Shown here: positions 14,668 through 22,790 of the stretch, piece after piece
Position numbering within the stretch: the first letter of the stretch is position 1
Layout: each line of letters begins with the position of its first letter
Assembly (NCBI RefSeq): GCF_003324675.1
Contig: NZ_CP030918.1
Coordinates: forward strand, 1,500,001-1,532,000
Length of the DNA stretch: 32,000 nucleotides
From: Paracoccus suum
GTDB taxonomy: Bacteria > Pseudomonadota > Alphaproteobacteria > Rhodobacterales > Rhodobacteraceae
Direction: 5' to 3'
Translations under genes and position numbers: made by a program
The notes under the pieces: generated by a model
What the model was told of the DNA's origin: nothing
Databases searched by the model: none
Seen by the model: only the letters and a program-made list of their open reading frames with translations

Positions 14668-16998
14668 ATGCCGAGCGTGAAGGAGATCATGGACAGCATG
14701 GAATACGGCCCCGCGCCCGAGGATGCCGGCGCGGTGCGCGCCTGGCTGGCAGATCGTCCCAGCTTTGGCCATTTCATCAACGGCGCGTTCACCGCGCCCG
14801 GTGCGACCTTTGACAGCCGTGATCCCTGGACAGGCGAATTGCTGGCGCAGGTTTCGCAGGGGACCGAGGCGGATGTTGCCGCCGCTGTCGCCGCGGCGCG
14901 CGCGGCGCAACCGGGATGGGCGGCGTTGGACGGCCATGCCCGCGCCCGCTTCTTGTATGCCATCGCCCGCACCGTGCAAAAGCGCGAGCGGTTTCTGTCG
15001 GTCCTTGAATCGCTCGATAACGGCAAGCCCATCCGCGAGAGCCGTGACATCGACGTGCCGCTGGTCGCGCGGCATTTCTATCACCACGCGGGCTGGGCCG
15101 AACTGCTGGCGAGCGAGATGCCGGGCTTTGCTCCCCTCGGCGTCTGCGGGCAGATCATCCCGTGGAATTTTCCGCTGCTGATGCTGGCGTGGAAGATCGC
15201 CCCGGCACTGGCCGCTGGCAACACCGTGGTGCTGAAGCCGGCCGAATATACCCCGCTGTCGGCACTCGCCTTTGCCCAGATCTGCGCCGAGGTCGGCCTG
15301 CCGCCCGGCGTCGTGAACATCGTGACCGGCGACGGCGCCACCGGTGCGGCGCTGGTCGCGGCCGAGGTGGACAAGATCGCCTTCACCGGCTCGACCGAGG
15401 TCGGCCGCCAGATCGCCGCCGCGACAGCCGGGACGAGCAAGCGCCTGACGCTGGAACTGGGTGGCAAGTCGCCCTTTGTCGTCCTTGAGGATGCCGACCT
15501 TGATGCGGCGGTTGAGGGCGTGGTCGATTCGATCTGGTTCAACCAGGGCCAGGTCTGCTGCGCCGGATCGCGCATCCTTGTCGCCGAGGCGGTGGCCGAT
15601 GCGTTCGAGGCGCGGCTGGCCGCGCGCATGGCGGGGCTGCGGGTGGGGCCGCCGCTGGACAAGTCGACCGACGTCGGCGCCATCGTCGATCCGGTGCAAA
15701 AGGCCCGCATCCTGTCGATCTGCGCCGATGCGGTGGCCGGCGGGGCCGAACTGGTCGGCGGCGCGGCGCTCGATTGTTGCGCCATCGCGCCGGGCTATCT
15801 GCGCCGCGTTGCGCCGGCCAACCCCGGCTGGCAGCAGGAAATCTTTGGCCCCATCGCCACCCTGACAACCTTTCGCACCCCTGACGAGGCGGTCGAGTTG
15901 GCGAATACGACGCGCTACGGCCTCGCCGCCTCGGTCTGGTCCGAGAGCGCGACGAACGCCACCGATCTGGCCGCGCAGCTCAAGGCGGGGGTGGTGTGGG
16001 TCAACTGCGCCAACATCTTTGACGCTGCTGCGCCCTTCGGTGGCGTGCGCGAAAGCGGCTTTGGCCGCGAGGGTGGCCGAGCGGGTATGTTGGATTATCT
16101 GCGCGAGCCCACGCCCACGGCGCAGGCCGCCAAACCGGAAAAGTTGCCTGCGCCTGCCGCCGCCGTGGCACCCGATGCCATTGACCGCACGGCCAAGCTG
16201 TATATCGGCGGCGCGCAAAAGCGCCCCGACGGGGGCGCAAGCTATGCGGCCGAGGGGCTGCTGGTCCCGGCCGGCAACCGCAAGGACATCCGCAACGCCG
16301 TCGAGGCGGCGCACAAGGCCGGCAAATGGGCCGCCATGGGCGCGCATGCCCGCGCGCAGGTGCTGTATTACCTTGCCGAGAACCTCTCCGCCCGGCGCGA
16401 CCAGTTTGCAGCCCTGACCTCGGCGGCCGAGGCTGATGCCGCCATCCGCCGCTGCTTTTTCTATGCCGGTTTCGCCGACAAGTTCGACGGCGCGACGGTC
16501 CAGACCAAACCCGGCCATCTCACCATGGTCCTGCCCGAGCCGCATGGCGTCATGGGCCTGATCGCACCGGCGGAGGCGCCGCTGTTGGGCTTCCTGTCGC
16601 TGGTGCTGCCGGCCATCGCCATGGGCAACGCGGTCGTCACGGTGCCTGCGCAGGCGCGACCGCGCGCGGCGCTCGAGCTTTATCAGGTGCTGGACACCTC
16701 GGATGTGCCGGGCGGCGTCGTCAACATCGTGACCGGTGGGGCGCGCGATCTGGCGATGACACTGGCCGCGCATGACGATGTTGCGGCCCTGTGGTTGGCA
16801 GGGGCGGGTCAGGATCTGCAGGTACAAGCGGGTGCAGCAGCGGCAGGCAACCTCAAGCCGGTCTGGGCGGTACCGGATTGCGACTGGCTGGGCACGGGCG
16901 GCGCTGGGCGCGATTATCTGCGCCACGCCACCCGCCTCAAGACCGTCTGGTTGCCCTATGGCGCCCTGCCGGCGGGGACCGGCGGGGCAGCCTACTAG
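14668..16998 (+). CDS. Aldehyde dehydrogenase fused to a second, truncated ALDH-like module
   Basis: 776 aa. The first ~490 aa carry the ALDH hallmarks (FTGSTEVG, ELGGKSP, catalytic FNQGQVCCAGSR). Residues ~500-776 resemble only the N-terminal (NAD-binding) half of an ALDH. GAGGAA lies upstream of the ATG. Confidence 0.85.
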   Translation: MPSVKEIMDSMEYGPAPEDAGAVRAWLADRPSFGHFINGAFTAPGATFDSRDPWTGELLAQVSQGTEADVAAAVAAARAAQPGWAALDGHARARFLYAIARTVQKRERFLSVLESLDNGKPIRESRDIDVPLVARHFYHHAGWAELLASEMPGFAPLGVCGQIIPWNFPLLMLAWKIAPALAAGNTVVLKPAEYTPLSALAFAQICAEVGLPPGVVNIVTGDGATGAALVAAEVDKIAFTGSTEVGRQIAAATAGTSKRLTLELGGKSPFVVLEDADLDAAVEGVVDSIWFNQGQVCCAGSRILVAEAVADAFEARLAARMAGLRVGPPLDKSTDVGAIVDPVQKARILSICADAVAGGAELVGGAALDCCAIAPGYLRRVAPANPGWQQEIFGPIATLTTFRTPDEAVELANTTRYGLAASVWSESATNATDLAAQLKAGVVWVNCANIFDAAAPFGGVRESGFGREGGRAGMLDYLREPTPTAQAAKPEKLPAPAAAVAPDAIDRTAKLYIGGAQKRPDGGASYAAEGLLVPAGNRKDIRNAVEAAHKAGKWAAMGAHARAQVLYYLAENLSARRDQFAALTSAAEADAAIRRCFFYAGFADKFDGATVQTKPGHLTMVLPEPHGVMGLIAPAEAPLLGFLSLVLPAIAMGNAVVTVPAQARPRAALELYQVLDTSDVPGGVVNIVTGGARDLAMTLAAHDDVAALWLAGAGQDLQVQAGAAAAGNLKPVWAVPDCDWLGTGGAGRDYLRHATRLKTVWLPYGALPAGTGGAAY

Positions 16999-17007
16999 TC
17001 GGACAGA

Positions 17008-17421
17008 TCAGCGGCCGAGCGCGAAGCTCTGGCCTTCGCGGCCGCTGAGGATGGCGCCGTTCGCGTCGGCGACCACGGTCATCGGCAAGCTGAGTAGGCG
17101 CATGCCGTGGCGGTTCTGACGCTCGGGCGCGCCGCTGCAGGCCATCGGCGAACCGGCGATGTTGGTGATGAACAGCACGTTGCGGTCATAGGTGTAGTTG
17201 CCGGTAAACTCGCCGCAGCCGAACGAGCCGGTGACGGTGGTCAGCCCGGTAAAGGTCATCATCGTGGCGTTCGCATCCTCGACCTTGGTGCCGCCGATGC
17301 TGAGGATGCGCCAGCTGCCCGACATCGGGTCGGCACCGGAATCGGCCGAGGTCGTGCCGGTAGGCTCGCATGCGGCCAGCACCGCAACCGCGGCAAGGGT
17401 GGAAAGGATCGGTTTCAGCAT
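17008..17421 (-). CDS. META-domain (HslJ-like) lipoprotein
   Basis: Starting from the ATG at 17421 gives MLKPILSTLAAVAVLAAC (lipobox LAAC). It is followed by the META pattern WRILSIGG...VTGSFGCGEFTGNY...GSPMAC. The longer track ORF (to 17481) adds a non-signal N-terminus. Confidence 0.7.
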   Translation of the reverse strand: MLKPILSTLAAVAVLAACEPTGTTSADSGADPMSGSWRILSIGGTKVEDANATMMTFTGLTTVTGSFGCGEFTGNYTYDRNVLFITNIAGSPMACSGAPERQNRHGMRLLSLPMTVVADANGAILSGREGQSFALGR

Positions 17422-17551
17422 CGCGGCACCTCGGGTCAGGTCAGGGGGTGATGAGACGGTAAATGAGGGGCTTGTGCACAAACTGGGACAATCCGCCAGA
17501 GTTCCGTGTCAAAGATGTCGCGTGACGATGCAGGAAGGTCGCACCCCGCCG

Positions 17552-18346
17552 TCAGTCCCCCGCCGCATCGTCCTTGTGCCAATAGCTGGTAACGTGGAAC
17601 CGGTCCTTAGGAAATTGCAATTCTGACAAATGGTTACGAAGGGTGGCGATGGCTTCGCGTTCGGCCCCGGCCCAGATGAAGCCGTCGCCTGCGGGCAGCG
17701 GCGTGGCCGACAACAATTGCGTCAACAGCCCGGCATCGGCGTGATCAGTGACGTGCCAGCGGATATCGGCGTCGCGCGGCGCGGCCAGCGGGATGATCGC
17801 GGCCTCGTCCTCGACCAGGATCAGGGCGCGCACAGCGGCATCCTGCGGCAGCATTTCCAGCCAGTTGGCGATTGCCGGCAGGGCGGTCTCGTCCCCGGCG
17901 AGCAGATACCAGTCCGCCGGCGAGATCAGTGCCGATTTCTTGGGTCCGGCGACGAACAGGTGCTGTCCGACCTGCGCCTGTGCCGCCCATGTGCCTGCAA
18001 TGCCGTGGCCGTGAAGCACAAACTCCAGCGCCAGCGTTCCTCCCGCCGGGTCGTGGCTGCGGGGCGTATACTCGCGCGAGACCGCGGGCGGGTCTTGCGG
18101 CCAATGCAGATGATCGCTGAGTTGGTCCGGCAACGACAGGATGCCGGTATCCGGGTCGGGAAAGAACAGCTTGACGTGATCGTCCGGCCCTAGGCTCTGC
18201 AGCGGCGGCTGCGGATGGCCCTGTCGCTCGAACGCACCCATCTGGGGGCCGCCAAGGGTCACGCGTCGCAGCCGGGGCGAGATATCCTCGACGTCCAGAA
18301 CCTCAAGTTCGCGCAGCGAGATGGGAAAGCGATGGGTCAGGCTCAT
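17552..18346 (-). CDS. Siderophore-interacting protein (SIP/ViuB-type FAD-binding reductase)
   Basis: Contains REYTPRS (the RxYT/S FAD motif), a ...LLAGDETALPAI... NAD(P)-side motif, and the C-terminal FIWAGAEREAIATLRNHL...SYW typical of SIP proteins. The ATG at 18346 (MSLTHRF) is preferred over the GTG at 18394. Confidence 0.75.
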   Translation of the reverse strand: MSLTHRFPISLRELEVLDVEDISPRLRRVTLGGPQMGAFERQGHPQPPLQSLGPDDHVKLFFPDPDTGILSLPDQLSDHLHWPQDPPAVSREYTPRSHDPAGGTLALEFVLHGHGIAGTWAAQAQVGQHLFVAGPKKSALISPADWYLLAGDETALPAIANWLEMLPQDAAVRALILVEDEAAIIPLAAPRDADIRWHVTDHADAGLLTQLLSATPLPAGDGFIWAGAEREAIATLRNHLSELQFPKDRFHVTSYWHKDDAAGD

Positions 18347-18506
18347 GGGGGCGACCTTTGCGGGGAATGGCGGGCAGATATCTGAGTAAAACACATAGGT
18401 ATGTCAAGGCGGCCCCAGCTTCGGTTGTCGACCCCCGCAACCTGACGTTGCGTTTCAGGATCGCTTGCGCGACGCGGATCACTCTCTCACAGGTTTGTTG
18501 GGCAGG

Positions 18507-18523
18507 CTTAAGGTCGGCTTAAG
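18507..18523 (+). promoter_or_regulatory. Tandem CTTAAG-N5-CTTAAG box (copy 1), a predicted response-regulator site upstream of dsbD
   Basis: GGCTTAAGGTC GGCTTAAGGTG GGCTT: an 11-bp periodic direct repeat (hexamers at 18507-12 and 18518-23, with a degenerate third unit). TAGCC follows 10 nt downstream (18534-38) and the dsbD ATG is at 18547. Confidence 0.6.
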
Positions 18524-18546
18524 GTGGCTTCCCTAGCCAAGCCGGC

Positions 18547-20451
18547 ATGATGACAAGATTTTTTTCCCTATCCTTCGCGACGCTGTCGCTGCTGATTGTG
18601 GTCCTTGCCGCAGGCTGGGCGGGCGCCCAGACGCACAAGCCACCACTGCAACCAGAGGACGCCTTTGCGCTGAGGGTCAGCCAGGACGCCGACGGCGCGC
18701 TGAACCTCAACTGGGATATCGCGGACGGCTATTACCTTTACCGCAGTGAGTTGAAGGCCGAGGCCGGCGACGGGCAGGAGCTGTCGCTGTCGCTGCCCGA
18801 GGGCGAGACCTATGCCGACCCCTATTTGGGCGAAGGGCAGATTTACCGCCAGAATGTCAGTGCAATGCTGGATCATCCGGTCGACGGAATGACCCTGCAT
18901 TGGCAGGGCTGCCAGCAGGACGGCATCTGCTACGCGCCGCAAAAGGTCAGTCTGGGTGCCGACGGCAGCGTCCTGCCGGTCGCGAATCGGACCCCCGCGC
19001 AGGACGATGGCGGCGTGTCTGCAGGGTCGGGTTGGACCCCGCAGACAGGCATGGTCGACCAAGCAGAGGCTGGCAAAGTTGATGTGGGGCAGGTAGATGC
19101 GGGGGCCGGTGGGGCGGAAACTGCGCGGCGGGGGACAGGCACCGGCGTGATCCTCGCGCAGGACCAGGGCCTCGTCCAAGGCCTCGCCGCGCGCGGCGGC
19201 GGTGCGCTGGTCATCCTTGGCTTCCTTGGCTTTGGCCTGCTGCTGGCTTTCACGCCCTGCGTCTTTCCGATGTTTCCCATCGTCGCCGGGATGCTGGCCG
19301 GGCAGGGCGAGGCCCTGACCGCGCGGCGTGGTCTGGTGCTGACCGGCGCTTACGTTCTGGCGATGGCGGCGGCCTTTGGCCTTTTGGGCATCGCCGCGGC
19401 CTGGTCCGGCGCGAACCTTCAGATGGTGCTGCAATCGCCGGCCGCCATCGCCGTGATCGCCGTGCTGTTCGTTCTTCTGGCGCTGTCGATGTTCGGATTT
19501 TACGAACTGCAGATGCCCGAGGCGCTGCAGCGCCGGCTCGGTCGGGTCGCGGGCAAGCGTGGCTCGCTGGGCGGGGCGGCGGTGCTTGGCTTTACCTCGG
19601 CGTTGATCATCGGGCCTTGCGTCACCGCGCCACTGGCGGGGGCGCTGCTTTATATCGCGCAGACCGGCGACGTGGCGCTCGGCGCGGCGGCGCTGTTCGC
19701 GCTGGGGCTGGGGCAGGGCGTGCCCCTGCTGGTCATCGGTCTCTTCGGGCCGCGGATACTGCCGCGCAGCGGCGCTTGGATGGAGGGCGCCAAGCAGGTG
19801 TTCGGCGTCATCTTCCTCGGCTTTGCCATCTGGCTGGCGAGCCGCGTGCTGCCGGGACCCGCGACACTGGCGCTGTGGGCGGCGTTGCTGGTCGGGACCG
19901 CGGTCTTCCTCGGTGCGCTCGACCGGCTCGACAGCGGCGCGACGCGCGGGCGGCGGCTGGCAGCAGTGCTGGGGGTGCTGCTGCTCTTTACGGGCGTGGT
20001 GCAGGGCCTTGGTGCCGCCCTCGGGGCCGTCGACCCGCTGCGGCCGCTGGCGCCCTTGGCGGGCCGCGCGGCGCCAGCAACGGCAGGGGCTGAAGCGCAG
20101 TTCGCGCACGTCACCACCGGCGCGGGCCTCGAACAGGCGCTGGCCTCGGGAAGCGGCAAGCCTGCGCTGGTCTATGTCACTGCCGACTGGTGCGTGACGT
20201 GCCGCGCCATCGAGCGCGGGCCGCTGGCGGATCCCGCAGTCACCGCGGCCCTCAGCGGCTTGGACGCGATCAAGGTCGATGTCAGCGATTTCAACGCCGA
20301 GGCGCAGATGCTGATGAAGGATCTGGCCGCGGCGGGCCCGCCGACCATGATCTTTCTGGACGCGGCCCGGGCCGAGGCCGCGGGCAGCCGGCTGATTGGC
20401 ATGGTCGACAGCGGCGCGATGCTGTCCTCGATCGGCAAAGTCGGGTCGTGA
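18547..20451 (+). CDS. dsbD: Thiol:disulfide interchange / membrane electron transporter, DsbD/ScsB family
   Basis: 634 aa with a signal peptide, an N-terminal periplasmic domain with HWQGCQQDGICYAP, a TM core with CVFPMFPI and GPCVTAPL, and a C-terminal thioredoxin fold with DWCVTCR. Confidence 0.9.
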   Translation: MMTRFFSLSFATLSLLIVVLAAGWAGAQTHKPPLQPEDAFALRVSQDADGALNLNWDIADGYYLYRSELKAEAGDGQELSLSLPEGETYADPYLGEGQIYRQNVSAMLDHPVDGMTLHWQGCQQDGICYAPQKVSLGADGSVLPVANRTPAQDDGGVSAGSGWTPQTGMVDQAEAGKVDVGQVDAGAGGAETARRGTGTGVILAQDQGLVQGLAARGGGALVILGFLGFGLLLAFTPCVFPMFPIVAGMLAGQGEALTARRGLVLTGAYVLAMAAAFGLLGIAAAWSGANLQMVLQSPAAIAVIAVLFVLLALSMFGFYELQMPEALQRRLGRVAGKRGSLGGAAVLGFTSALIIGPCVTAPLAGALLYIAQTGDVALGAAALFALGLGQGVPLLVIGLFGPRILPRSGAWMEGAKQVFGVIFLGFAIWLASRVLPGPATLALWAALLVGTAVFLGALDRLDSGATRGRRLAAVLGVLLLFTGVVQGLGAALGAVDPLRPLAPLAGRAAPATAGAEAQFAHVTTGAGLEQALASGSGKPALVYVTADWCVTCRAIERGPLADPAVTAALSGLDAIKVDVSDFNAEAQMLMKDLAAAGPPTMIFLDAARAEAAGSRLIGMVDSGAMLSSIGKVGS

Positions 20452-21266
20452 ATGCCGTCTCGATAGGACCGCTGGTGTTTGACGGCGCGCGGTTCGCGGC
20501 GATCTTCGCGCTGCTGCTGTTCTTTGCCGTGGCGGAAATCGTCGCCCGGGGCCAGCGGGGGCAGGTCCTGCGCGGCGATCCCGCGCGCTGGACCTGGCTG
20601 GCCGCCATCGCCTGGATCATGGGCGCTCGCATTGGCTTTGTCGCCATGAACTGGGCCGAGTTTTCCCCCCATCCTTGGGACAGCGTCAAGTTGTGGCAGG
20701 GCGGCTTTCTGCCGGCCGGTGGCTGGGCAGCCGGCCTCGCAGTGTTTCTGCTGGCGATGCTGCGCGATGTGCGCGGCGCGCTCGCGCCGCTGGCCCTGGG
20801 CAGCGCCGCGGCACTGGTCACGCATCTGGCGATCCCGGTCGCGTTTCCCATGACCAAACCTGATTTGCCTCCGATGCAACTGATGGCTCTGGACGGCGCC
20901 CCGGTCCAGTTGACCGGGCGCGAGCGGTCCGTGGTGCTGAACCTCTGGGCGAGTTGGTGCCCGCCATGCCGGCGCGAGATGCCGATGATGACCGACCTCG
21001 CCGCGCGAACGCCGGGGGTGGACTTCATCTTCGCCAATCAAGGCGAGGGCGCGGACCAGATTGACGCATTCCTGCGCGGCGAGGGGCTGCCGCCAGCCGG
21101 AATGGTCCGCGATCCGCAGAGCGGGCTGATGGCTGCGCTTGAGGCGATTGGCCTGCCCTCGACGCTGGTTTTCGACGCCGGTGGCCGGCTGATCGGAGCA
21201 CACACCGGCGAAATTTCACGAGCGGCCCTGGGCCGCATGATCGCTGACGCAGCACCGCGAAGATGA
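20448..21266 (+). CDS. Membrane-anchored TlpA/ScsD-like thioredoxin with an Lgt-like N-terminal TM region
   Basis: The GTG at 20448 overlaps the dsbD stop (GTGA). The N-terminal ~150 aa are hydrophobic and include KLWQGGFLPAGGW, reminiscent of the Lgt WxGG motif. The C-terminal thioredoxin domain carries LNLWASWCPPCRREMP. The track ORF start (20190) lies inside dsbD and is rejected. Confidence 0.75.
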   Translation: MNAVSIGPLVFDGARFAAIFALLLFFAVAEIVARGQRGQVLRGDPARWTWLAAIAWIMGARIGFVAMNWAEFSPHPWDSVKLWQGGFLPAGGWAAGLAVFLLAMLRDVRGALAPLALGSAAALVTHLAIPVAFPMTKPDLPPMQLMALDGAPVQLTGRERSVVLNLWASWCPPCRREMPMMTDLAARTPGVDFIFANQGEGADQIDAFLRGEGLPPAGMVRDPQSGLMAALEAIGLPSTLVFDAGGRLIGAHTGEISRAALGRMIADAAPRR

Positions 21267-21303
21267 GCCGGACCGGCGCTCTCGGCCAGACAGTAGAAAC
21301 GAG

Positions 21304-21945
21304 ATGAGCATAACCCGACGCGACATTCTGGCGGGCACCGTCGGCCTCGGTTTGGCCGGGATCGCCGGCGGGGCCTTCCTGCTCAGCATGGACCGGGGCG
21401 CGAGCAAGGCCGCCGCCCTCAGTGTCCAAGATGTCCTGCACGATCCCGACAATCCCGTCCTCGGAAACCCCAAGGGTGCGCTGACCATCGTCGAGTATTT
21501 CGACTACCAGTGCCCGTTCTGCAAACGCGGCCATTCGATGCTGACGCGCGTGGTCGACGAGGACGGCGATATCAGGCTGGTGATGAAGGACTGGCCGATC
21601 TTTGGCGCGCCCTCGGTTCGGGCCAGCCAACTGGTCCTCGGGGCATCCTCGACCGGGGAATATGAAAAGGCGCATTCGGCCCTCATGGCGACCGAGGCGA
21701 AACTGTCCGAGGGGCAGATCCGGCAGGTGCTACGCGATGGCGGTATCGACCCCGACGCCTCGCTGGCCGCCTATCGCGCGGATCGCGGAAAATGGGACGG
21801 CTTGCTGTCGCGCAATTCCGCCCAGGCGGGCGAGTTGGGTCTGCAAGGCACGCCGGCCTTCATCGTCGGCGCCAAGATCTATCCCGGTGCGCTGGACGAG
21901 ACCGGACTGCGGGCGATCATCGCCGATGCCCGCGCCGCCGCCTGA
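21304..21945 (+). CDS. Periplasmic DsbA-family thiol oxidoreductase (ScsC-like), Tat-type signal
   Basis: 213 aa with MSITRRDILAGTVGLGLAG (twin-arginine motif) and the active site FDYQCPFCKRGH. Confidence 0.85.
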   Translation: MSITRRDILAGTVGLGLAGIAGGAFLLSMDRGASKAAALSVQDVLHDPDNPVLGNPKGALTIVEYFDYQCPFCKRGHSMLTRVVDEDGDIRLVMKDWPIFGAPSVRASQLVLGASSTGEYEKAHSALMATEAKLSEGQIRQVLRDGGIDPDASLAAYRADRGKWDGLLSRNSAQAGELGLQGTPAFIVGAKIYPGALDETGLRAIIADARAAA

Positions 21946-21948
21946 GGT

Positions 21949-21965
21949 CTTAAGGCTGCCTTAAG
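21949..21965 (+). promoter_or_regulatory. Tandem CTTAAG-N5-CTTAAG box (copy 2), upstream of the second DsbA-like gene
   Basis: TCTTAAGGCTGCCTTAAGCC, with hexamers at 21949-54 and 21960-65. TAGCC follows exactly 10 nt downstream (21976-80), the same offset as copy 1. Confidence 0.55.
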
Positions 21966-22106
21966 CCGGCGCCCGTAGCCGTTTCGGGAAACGAGGCGAC
22001 CGACCAGCCGGGCCGCGCCTGCGCCCGCAGGTTGGCATCAGCCGAAAACACGTCAGGGCGGGGCAAGCCCCGCAAGCCCCACGCCATGAACCATGAAGGA
22101 AAAAAC

Positions 22107-22733
22107 ATGCATCGTCGAAATCTTGTTCTCGCGGGCGCCAGCCTGCTTGTGCTGCCGACCGTCGCCCTGCCCGCCGCTGCCGCTGCGGCCAGCAATCCGA
22201 TGCCGGCCGCCCTGCGCAAGGCGCTGGAGCGCGACCCGACCGCCCCGGTACTGGGCAATCCCAATGGCGATGTCACCCTGACCGAGTTCTTTGACTACAA
22301 CTGCCCGTTCTGCCGCAAGATGGTCGGGCCGATGCACAGCCTGATCGTCGAGGACAAGAACCTGCGCGTCGTGTTGCGCGAATGGCCGGTGTTCGGCGAG
22401 GATTCGGAATTCGCGGCGCGCGCCTCGCTGGCCTCGCTGCAGCAGGGCAAATACTGGCAATATCACACCGCGCTGTTCCGCACGAAGGGCCGCGTGACCG
22501 AGAAGGCCACGATGCAGGTGGCGCGCGACATCGGCCTCGATATCGCGCGCCTGGAGCGCGACATGGACAGCGAGCAGGTCGAGCGGCACATCACCTCAAG
22601 CCACATGCTCGGAGAGCACATGGGCCTTGTCGGCACGCCCAGCTTCATCGCAGGCGACGAGGGCGCCTTCGGGCAATACAGCCTCGACGAGTTGCGCGGC
22701 ATGGTGAAACGCGCCCGCGCGACCTTGGCCTGA
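22107..22733 (+). CDS. Second periplasmic DsbA-family thiol oxidoreductase
   Basis: The ATG at 22107 is preceded by GAAGGA (22095-22100). The product starts MHRRNLVLAGASLLVLPTVALPAAAAAA (signal) and has the active site FDYNCPFCRKM. The track start at 22032 is a TTG with no SD. Confidence 0.8.
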   Translation: MHRRNLVLAGASLLVLPTVALPAAAAAASNPMPAALRKALERDPTAPVLGNPNGDVTLTEFFDYNCPFCRKMVGPMHSLIVEDKNLRVVLREWPVFGEDSEFAARASLASLQQGKYWQYHTALFRTKGRVTEKATMQVARDIGLDIARLERDMDSEQVERHITSSHMLGEHMGLVGTPSFIAGDEGAFGQYSLDELRGMVKRARATLA

Positions 22734-22742
22734 AATATCAGT

Positions 22743-22769
22743 CCGGCGGCGTCAGAACCGCGCCGCCGC
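22743..22769. terminator. GC-rich hairpin between convergent genes (possible bidirectional terminator)
   Basis: CGGCGGCG (22744-51) pairs with CGCCGCCG (22761-68) around a 9-nt loop. There is no clear U tract on either side. Confidence 0.3.
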
Positions 22770-22790
22770 GCAGATAGAGCCTTAGCCAGC

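Noticed and set aside
13717-16926. 1069-aa minus-strand ORF antisense to deoC and the aldehyde dehydrogenase
   Set aside because: It is a shadow ORF, since the plus strand carries unambiguous DERA and ALDH catalytic motifs.
18568-20109. 513-aa minus-strand ORF antisense to dsbD (and 20172-21203 and 20291-21037 antisense to the TlpA-like gene)
   Set aside because: The translations are R/Q/P/G-rich with no motifs. The plus strand has the DsbD and thioredoxin signatures.
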